The notes below the pieces were generated by a model. The model was given only the letters and a program-made list of their open reading frames with translations, did not search any database and had not been told where the DNA came from. From IMG/VR virus record IMGVR_UViG_3300027969_000047: 64,000 bases of DNA; one strand, given 5' to 3'. The DNA is from a virus. This document shows, piece by piece, positions 57,351 to 64,000 of this stretch (its first letter is position 1; the number at the start of each line of letters is the position of its first letter). Made by a program: the position numbers and the translations under genes.

Positions 57351-59036
57351 TTATAAATTTGAGGAAAGATAGCGACTTTTTACGCTAGTCCATAAATCAC
57401 CATCCTCAACTCTCATCTCTTCATAATCATTTACACCCTGATATCCATCTATGATACCAAAAGGTGTCATTGAGTCTTCAATTAGGGAGTTTTGCTCTTC
57501 TAGAATGTGCTGTCTAATGTCTGTATTTGTAGTTTCTTTGAAAAATTTCTGTGCAACTAGCCAAGCAAAAAGCACCAGCGTCATTGCTAAGTCATCATTG
57601 TTACCTTCTTCAGCGGCATAACTATCTTTAACACGCACAAATGTGTTAAGTTCTGCAATGGTATCAAAGTCATAAATCAAAAATTTATTGTTCTCAACAA
57701 TTGCTTTTAAGTTAGCACATCCAATCTTCTTAACTGCTGATGTTGTTCTCAATCCAAAAGAGACTGATTTTTTATATCCAGCAGAAATTGACTGACCTTT
57801 GATAGAGTGATGTTCTAACTTGAAGATATTTTCATACTCTAAATCATTATGTAGTATATCCACAACTTGCTGTCCGTTGTCATTGATTTCAACAAGCACA
57901 AATGCTTCATTGTAATACTTTGCTACCCTATAAATTAATGTAGGAAATGTCAACGGTGAAATGGTATTGCTTCTATATTTGGCAACTTGTCTGTAAGGAA
58001 CAGTAGTTACATCGACAACTGAGAATGCTGAATAATCTAAACCTAAACCTCTCGAAACATCGACTGTCATTGTATACATGTTTTTAGGTTTCATTTTTTC
58101 AGTGACTTCATCAATGCATTCACCAATCGGTCTTTCGTATATTGATAGACCATTCTCTTCTTCAAGAGGATTCTTGAATGCTAACTCACGAAGTTTTATA
58201 CCAGAGATTAATGTTGCCGAAGAACCAATGAATTCTGTCTCAAACTCTTGTCTAAATTGTTCTTCAGAAGTGTTTCGTATTGTCTCTTCTTTCCAAGCAT
58301 CATCACGACCCGGAACCATTGACCAATGAACTTCAAGTGGTTTGTATGTTGAACGACCTTCTGTCGCATCGACCCACATCTTATAGAATTGATTCAGACC
58401 ATTAGGTGTCGATACAATAATAACCTTTGTTGTTTTACCTGATGAAATAACTGGATATGTCGATGTGAAGAAGTCTTGTGCCATGTTGTGTTGAACGAAG
58501 GCAAACTCATCTAGAAAAACTAGATTGTAAGTACCACCACGAACACCAGATGCAGAAGTAGCGTATGCCCAAATAACAGAACCATTTTCAAGTTCAATGT
58601 TACCTTTGTTCCAAACTTTGATACCTTGTTGCAACCATAGAGGCAAATATTCATATGCGTATTGAAGTCGACCTAAAATCTCACGAGCCAATGCGCCTTT
58701 GTTTGCAAGAATTGCAATCTTATAATCAATGTTGAATAGTACAGTCCAAAGCATATAACCAACTGTCGTGGTTGTCTTACCAACCTGACGAGGCATCTTT
58801 GCAATACAGAAACGATTGTTGTGAAATGTATCAACCATCTCTTCTTGAAATGGCCACATGTCGAATGGGACAAGACCTTTGTCCACATTGACAATCTTCA
58901 CATATGTTTTGATGAAGTAAATTGGGTCCTCAGAACACTTTACAATCTCTGCAACTTGTTCTTCAGTGTAGGATATCTCTACACCTAATCTTTTTAGACT
59001 CGCATTACCATTATACCCACCACCATTATCACTCAT
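57351..59036 (-). CDS. 17: Terminase large subunit
   Basis: RQVGKTT, LDEFAF, STPNG, DVSRG, DDL. Confidence 0.98.
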   Translation of the reverse strand: MSDNGGGYNGNASLKRLGVEISYTEEQVAEIVKCSEDPIYFIKTYVKIVNVDKGLVPFDMWPFQEEMVDTFHNNRFCIAKMPRQVGKTTTTVGYMLWTVLFNIDYKIAILANKGALAREILGRLQYAYEYLPLWLQQGIKVWNKGNIELENGSVIWAYATSASGVRGGTYNLVFLDEFAFVQHNMAQDFFTSTYPVISSGKTTKVIIVSTPNGLNQFYKMWVDATEGRSTYKPLEVHWSMVPGRDDAWKEETIRNTSEEQFRQEFETEFIGSSATLISGIKLRELAFKNPLEEENGLSIYERPIGECIDEVTEKMKPKNMYTMTVDVSRGLGLDYSAFSVVDVTTVPYRQVAKYRSNTISPLTFPTLIYRVAKYYNEAFVLVEINDNGQQVVDILHNDLEYENIFKLEHHSIKGQSISAGYKKSVSFGLRTTSAVKKIGCANLKAIVENNKFLIYDFDTIAELNTFVRVKDSYAAEEGNNDDLAMTLVLFAWLVAQKFFKETTNTDIRQHILEEQNSLIEDSMTPFGIIDGYQGVNDYEEMRVEDGDLWTSVKSRYLSSNL

Positions 59037-59446
59037 TTATTATTCTTCAAAAACTTTACTAGTTCTGTTGTTGAGCCAACAAAAACTGCTTTATCAACAT
59101 TTACATTACCGCTTTGTTTTTTATCGTCAGACCCTTGTAAATCTTTCTTGCGCTTTTGCAATTCAAGCAAGTCTTTATTCAAGTCAGATAAATTTTTGAT
59201 GAATGTTGCGGCAACTTCATATGCTCTTGGTTGTTCAGATTCGTTTGCTACCAACAAAAGATTATCAAAGGCAACACCGCCTTTGTTGATTAATTTTTTG
59301 ATATTCTGTCTGGCAAACTCAACATCATCTTCAATAGTTGAATCTTTTATTTCGACAACGGCAGTCTCTTTGACCTCAATTACATTTGTTGGTGTTATTG
59401 GGTCTATGTCGAATATGTCTGATAAGTTTTTATCTATGCTTTTCAT
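59033..59446 (-). CDS. 16: Terminase small subunit
   Basis: PRAYEV, FVGST; synteny. Confidence 0.93.
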   Translation of the reverse strand: MKSIDKNLSDIFDIDPITPTNVIEVKETAVVEIKDSTIEDDVEFARQNIKKLINKGGVAFDNLLLVANESEQPRAYEVAATFIKNLSDLNKDLLELQKRKKDLQGSDDKKQSGNVNVDKAVFVGSTTELVKFLKNNK

Positions 59447-60492
59447 AATGTATCAGGATATTCTTTTGACTGAATGGTATAGCCAAAATCATCATTTGTG
59501 TCAGCAGTCACAGGGCTTTGAGTAATCTTTGTGTTTGCTATCAATAATGGTGTAGTCTCTACAGTAGAAACGACATATCTTGCATGTGAATCTGCACCAA
59601 TAACAATATCGTTTGCAGACAATACGCCAGTCATCGAAGTTGCAATCAGAGTGTTTGAATTTGGTCTCCAGTACAATACTGTGCCAAGAACATCTCTTCT
59701 GTTTTCAACATTGATAGTCTCACCTTCAAGATATGTTCCGTTTCCTGTGTTTGCAGTATTCTGCATAACTACAGTCTGAATTGCTTTGTTATTGGTATCG
59801 TAGAACAAGTTTGTTGTAGAACCACCAGTGATAATGTTTGCGCCGTTTGCAACAATACCACTATCGATACCAATAATGATAGCACTGTTAGCAACAGGAC
59901 CAAACAGATATCCTTTGACAGTGAATGTCAAATCCCATGTAATGATTCTTTGTGAATCTAAACCACCTTCATATTCTATGTTCTGTGAAACACTATTGAG
60001 AACAATAGGAATGTCTTTGATGATATTCAGTGATGGAACTAGATTAGCAGTGACTGTATAGTCTGGAACAAAATATGGTAGAATTTGTTCAACAAGTTGT
60101 GTACCATCTTCAATGTTGCGAACAAAAACACTCAGTGTGAAATCAAAGTTATATGGTGCACCAACATACTGAGACTTGACTGTTCTTTTGACTGTTGTGT
60201 CAGCGGCTGCAATCTTAATAGCCGATTGTTGCTTACGGCTAGAATCATATGAAATGTTTGTCATTTCAAAATTAAGTCTAGGTAAACTTATAGCGACAGA
60301 CTTTGTTAGAGTAGGGTCTTGCTGTAATCTTGTAATGAATTTTTCTTTGGCACCATATGCAAGAGGCACTTTAATAACTTCTCTTGCAGTGCCATCATTA
60401 GCATATCTTTTGATAGACAAATTATTAAACATCGTACCAAAAATTACGACATATTTTCGAAAGCTACGATTGTAAAAATGAGTACCAAACAT
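59443..60492 (-). CDS. 15: Tail sheath stabiliser/completion protein with C-terminal extension
   Basis: FGTMFN, VPLAYG, LPR, EQILPYF. Confidence 0.92.
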   Translation of the reverse strand: MFGTHFYNRSFRKYVVIFGTMFNNLSIKRYANDGTAREVIKVPLAYGAKEKFITRLQQDPTLTKSVAISLPRLNFEMTNISYDSSRKQQSAIKIAAADTTVKRTVKSQYVGAPYNFDFTLSVFVRNIEDGTQLVEQILPYFVPDYTVTANLVPSLNIIKDIPIVLNSVSQNIEYEGGLDSQRIITWDLTFTVKGYLFGPVANSAIIIGIDSGIVANGANIITGGSTTNLFYDTNNKAIQTVVMQNTANTGNGTYLEGETINVENRRDVLGTVLYWRPNSNTLIATSMTGVLSANDIVIGADSHARYVVSTVETTPLLIANTKITQSPVTADTNDDFGYTIQSKEYPDTL

Positions 60493-61403
60493 TACGGTTC
60501 ACCAAATGGATTGTTTTCAGAGAAGTCGATGATATTATCACCCTCTGTTTGAACAATTTTATTATCTGCAATATCTTCAAATGAGAAGTCGAGGTCTTGT
60601 GCTTTCGATTCACCACTTGTTGAAAGTATCCAAGATGCATTACTTGTGGCACCTTTAATGGCTTGTAAACTTGTGAATGTTCCATTAATCTTAATGACTT
60701 CAAGTTTTCTTGTTGTTGAATTAAACGAAGTGCATTCAGCAAAAGCGGTTGCTGTAGCAACATTGCTACCTTGATATACTGTCTCATTATTTGCCGCATC
60801 GAAGTTTCCGCTACCTCCAGCATTCACAGACAATGTTGTTACTGTATAATTGTGTCTAATTTGTTCATCAACTTCTTCAACACCAGTTTCAATAATTTCA
60901 CTAGAGAATACGAATTGGCGAAGTTTCAATGAGTACAAATACACATTGTTGTCACGCCCACGACCCAATGGATAGAACATTGCAGGAGTGTTCTCATGCT
61001 CAACATGGGCAATCTCAAAGAAGTTTTGTACAAGAGGAATGTAAATTAAGTCACCTTCTTGCGCCCTAAACAATCCAGGAACACTTGCTTTAAATCTACG
61101 GCGTGAAACAAGCATTGTCATCTCATCACGAATGTCAAGACCAAACTTAGAAATGAAATCGCCTTCACCTTCCATACCAGACACATTGTTGATGTACATT
61201 TCAATTGGGTATGCAGTAACATATTTTTTCAGCTGGTCTTCACCATACAACTTATCAATACCTGAATTGTCTGTAGTTCTTGGTAAATAGTAAACATCTA
61301 TACCATAAATTTTCATGGCTTCAATCATCAAATCCTCAACGAGCAACTGCTCATTGGTTACTTGATTAACCGGAAAATTATTGAAATATAGATTCGTTGC
61401 CAT
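60492..61403 (-). CDS. 14: Neck protein
   Basis: YYLPR, PIEMY, SKFGL, DFSENNPFG. Confidence 0.93.
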   Translation of the reverse strand: MATNLYFNNFPVNQVTNEQLLVEDLMIEAMKIYGIDVYYLPRTTDNSGIDKLYGEDQLKKYVTAYPIEMYINNVSGMEGEGDFISKFGLDIRDEMTMLVSRRRFKASVPGLFRAQEGDLIYIPLVQNFFEIAHVEHENTPAMFYPLGRGRDNNVYLYSLKLRQFVFSSEIIETGVEEVDEQIRHNYTVTTLSVNAGGSGNFDAANNETVYQGSNVATATAFAECTSFNSTTRKLEVIKINGTFTSLQAIKGATSNASWILSTSGESKAQDLDFSFEDIADNKIVQTEGDNIIDFSENNPFGEP

Positions 61404-61405
61404 TA

Positions 61406-62359
61406 TTAGCCAACTAAAATATCTGGTGGCAATACATTCAGACTTTGAATATCTTCTTCAATCTTTTGAATTTCAACAACAGCCTCATCGTAAATTGCTT
61501 GACCGTTTAGCATCACACCGCCTGGCATTTGAATGCCTGCAAACTTTTTAAGATTATTACCCCATTGTTTTTTAATCAATGCAATAGCATATCTCTTTAA
61601 GAATCTATCATTCCAAACATCAGAGATACCTGATTTTGTAATTGTTTGTCCAGTTGCTGTGCTGGTGAATGCACTGTAAACATTTAATGAAGTTGGCGAG
61701 TTGATTTGAACGATTGTTTGTGTTTGACTGCCAACAGTGATTTCATCACCAATAAACAAATCATTGTAGAAGTTTGTTCCGGTGCCAGTTACTACAACCG
61801 AAGCATTCGCAACATTGGCTGTTCCGGATGCAGTAAATGTATCGGGGTCTAATTTACGATAACATTCAACAATTACCCAATCGTTTGTTGTTATGTTATT
61901 ATTCCAATCGATATCAAGAAACAATTTGTTGAGATGGCGATTGAAACGATATTGTGGTTTACCAGAGAACAGCAAATTCAATGTTGCGATATGTTGCATT
62001 GTAATTTCATATGGCACATATGACACTGAAGTAAAGTCGTACAGGTCATGTAATCTCAATTGATAACGCAAATCGAACATGTTGATTGATGAGTTTGAAT
62101 CATCAAATGGAAACACATTCACAACACCAATCACTGCATCAGGAACATAAATCCATTTTCTTGCAATATCATCTGTTGTAATTTTGTGTTTCATGTAAAT
62201 CTTCTCAACACCATCGAAGTGATAGTCTTGAAAAAATTGTAATGCTTCATCTATTCTGTCTTCTAGTTGGTCATCATCGACATTGATATCAATGACAGGA
62301 AAACCTAACTCACGAAGACAGTAGGTTTTAAAAGTGGATCTTGTTGTTGGTTTAGCCAT
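61406..62359 (-). CDS. 13: Neck protein with inserted beta domain
   Basis: YCLRELG.PVIDINV, KKQWG.NL.KF..PGG. Confidence 0.95.
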   Translation of the reverse strand: MAKPTTRSTFKTYCLRELGFPVIDINVDDDQLEDRIDEALQFFQDYHFDGVEKIYMKHKITTDDIARKWIYVPDAVIGVVNVFPFDDSNSSINMFDLRYQLRLHDLYDFTSVSYVPYEITMQHIATLNLLFSGKPQYRFNRHLNKLFLDIDWNNNITTNDWVIVECYRKLDPDTFTASGTANVANASVVVTGTGTNFYNDLFIGDEITVGSQTQTIVQINSPTSLNVYSAFTSTATGQTITKSGISDVWNDRFLKRYAIALIKKQWGNNLKKFAGIQMPGGVMLNGQAIYDEAVVEIQKIEEDIQSLNVLPPDILVG

Positions 62360-62369
62360 AGTGGTATAT

Positions 62370-62954
62370 TTATCCTAGTGCGATTGCCATTGCCATTGCA
62401 TCACCAATTGTTCCTGCCTGTTGTCCGCCAATAAAAACATTATCGGCATACACATTACCTTTAACGCCAGCACCGCCGGCAATAGTTATTGCGCCTGTTA
62501 TATTTGATGTTGATGTTTTTGTGTTTGAGACATATAATTGCGATGCGCTATTAACTGTAATCAATGCACCACTGTTTGCCAAACCAGTCGAACCACCGGC
62601 ATTGGCAGTGTATTGTCTTGAACCATCTGAGAATTGAATGTATTGCGAAGTCGCAACTGCACTTGCAGTAAAGTTTGTCGATACATTAATGTTATTTACA
62701 TTAAGTGTCGCTATAGTTTTATTGAATGTGAAGTTGGCATTTGAACCAAAAGAACCAGCGTCATTGTACTGAACTTCTGTGGTGAGACCGGCAGGCTGAG
62801 TTGTCCTAATCGAACCAAGAGTATTCGATGAAGTCTTATAGTAAATTATACCATCGGCGTAATTGAGAGCAATCTCACCGTTAGCAATAACACCTAAAGA
62901 AGGAGTGGCTGCCGCTGTACCCGAAGAACGGACTGCAATGACTGTATTTGCCAT
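62370..62954 (-). CDS. Tail-fibre-like structural protein
   Basis: RSSGTAAATPS...GEIALNYADG fibre N-terminal motif; GAITIAGGAGV. Confidence 0.6.
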   Translation of the reverse strand: MANTVIAVRSSGTAAATPSLGVIANGEIALNYADGIIYYKTSSNTLGSIRTTQPAGLTTEVQYNDAGSFGSNANFTFNKTIATLNVNNINVSTNFTASAVATSQYIQFSDGSRQYTANAGGSTGLANSGALITVNSASQLYVSNTKTSTSNITGAITIAGGAGVKGNVYADNVFIGGQQAGTIGDAMAMAIALG

Positions 62955-62956
62955 GC

Positions 62957-63496
62957 TTAGAAAGTTCCGCCAGCCGATTCAACTTTCAAAACAACATTAT
63001 TTTCTTTTACAGAAACTTTCTCGGTAGATTTTACTTCTTCAACTTCTTCTTTGGTGGTTTCAATTACTTCTAAACCTAGTTTTTTTCTTTTTGAATTTGG
63101 TAGCATGTCTTCTAACTGTTTGATGTAATGGTTTTTATCAGCAATATCATTTTCAACATTTGCAACTTTATCATTCAGTTTTGCAAGTTCCCTTGCTTGC
63201 TCATTCAATGCAGTCTGTAGACGATGTTTATCAGCATCACTATTGCTAGTGTTCTTAATGATGTTGTCTTTGTTTTCAACTTCTGAAGTTAGAGAAACTA
63301 TCTTGTTTTGTAGATTAGCATTTTCTCTAACAACAGATTCATATAAATTTCCTTTTTCTTGAAGAGCAGGTATTTCTTTTACCTTCTCTTCAAGAAATTT
63401 GATTTGCGTTTGAAACATAAAATTCTGTTTCAGCACAGCAGTGAAATTTTCTAGTACTACCTCATTGTAAACATTTATAAAATTTGCATCGGACAT
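62957..63496 (-). CDS. Coiled-coil hypothetical protein
   Basis: 179 aa with heptad pattern. Confidence 0.7.
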   Translation of the reverse strand: MSDANFINVYNEVVLENFTAVLKQNFMFQTQIKFLEEKVKEIPALQEKGNLYESVVRENANLQNKIVSLTSEVENKDNIIKNTSNSDADKHRLQTALNEQARELAKLNDKVANVENDIADKNHYIKQLEDMLPNSKRKKLGLEVIETTKEEVEEVKSTEKVSVKENNVVLKVESAGGTF

Positions 63497-63527
63497 AATA
63501 AAACCCTTTCATAGTATTAATTATATA

Positions 63528-64000
63528 TTAGAAACTTCCACCATTCAAATGTGCAAATGTTGGTACGCCTGAAGAATTGATTTGTAACACATGACCTTCA
63601 GTAGATGAAACTACAGTAGTCAATGCGCTGGAACCTTGACCAATGATAACACCATTCAATGTGAGTGCAGTATTACCAGTACCACCATTACCGACCGCAA
63701 GTGTGCCAGAAATGTGAGTTGTAAGACCAATTTTACCATAGCTAGGTGCAACACCCACACCACCAGAGATTAGAGCATTGCCTGTAGCAACATCGGCAAG
63801 TGATGCTAGAGTTGTTGCACCAGATGCATATACAATATCACCAGTAGTGTATGATGCAAGACCTGTACCACCACGAACAACAGCAAGTGTACCAGATGTA
63901 ACTTGAGATGCGGCAATTGCAATTTCTGCGGCAGTTACTGCTGAAACTTCACCATACTGATTAACAGTCAATGATGTGATTGTATTACCAGCGGCAACAC
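63528..64000 (-). CDS. C-terminal part of a tail-fibre-like protein (5' end outside the window)
   Basis: Repeated GTL.V..GGTG motifs; ends GGSF; the frame is open to the window edge. Confidence 0.7.
   Translation of the reverse strand, partial: VAAGNTITSLTVNQYGEVSAVTAAEIAIAASQVTSGTLAVVRGGTGLASYTTGDIVYASGATTLASLADVATGNALISGGVGVAPSYGKIGLTTHISGTLAVGNGGTGNTALTLNGVIIGQGSSALTTVVSSTEGHVLQINSSGVPTFAHLNGGSF

Noticed and set aside
20822-59036. Introns or inteins in genes 43, 17, 41, uvsW and 23
   Set aside because: All are continuous ORFs of normal length with no intein or homing-endonuclease motifs
493-60475. The many plus-strand ORFs of 60-167 aa in the ORF track
   Set aside because: All are antisense shadows of well-supported minus-strand genes, with F/S/L/I-rich mirror composition and no convincing RBS or motifs
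1-64000. tRNA genes or stop-codon reassignment
   Set aside because: Intergenic gaps are short with no cloverleaf seen; core genes are full length under the standard code

Overview
A 64-kb segment of a large T4-like myophage genome. It is AT-rich and densely coding, and every credible gene lies on the minus strand. The gene set resembles environmental or aquatic T4-like phages, and a proteobacterial host is plausible but inferred. Reading in the direction of transcription (high to low coordinates): tail-fibre-like genes; gp13-gp23 head and tail morphogenesis; gp3, uvsY, uvsW, gp55; gp47/gp46 coupled to peptide deformylase and a GNAT-like/2OG-hydroxylase + PLP enzyme + amino-methyltransferase trio; an early cassette (VWA-metallopeptidase, CobS/MoxR AAA+, HTH) with repeated sigma70 promoters; the replisome (gp45/44/62, regA, gp43, uvsX, gp41) interleaved with accessory genes (hsp20, dCMP deaminase, GH19 lysin, MazG-like); and a late region with an 8-gene glycosylation island flanked by proteins bearing T4 capsid-targeting-like N-termini. 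The most interesting signals are: (1) a candidate DNA hypermodification operon; (2) a probable virion-injected enzyme set (KxDG ligase-like, HxGH nucleotidyltransferase-kinase fusion, protease-processed polyproteins); (3) a nested gene with its own strong RBS; (4) an H-type pseudoknot leader and palindromic operators in the early cassette; (5) a ROSE-like thermometer before hsp20; (6) a Tat-signal protein; (7) an antisense promoter at gene 55; (8) leaderless mRNAs; (9) strong GATC avoidance. I saw no tRNA, rRNA, CRISPR array, intron or intein. All calls are by-eye motif and synteny recognition; no searches were run.
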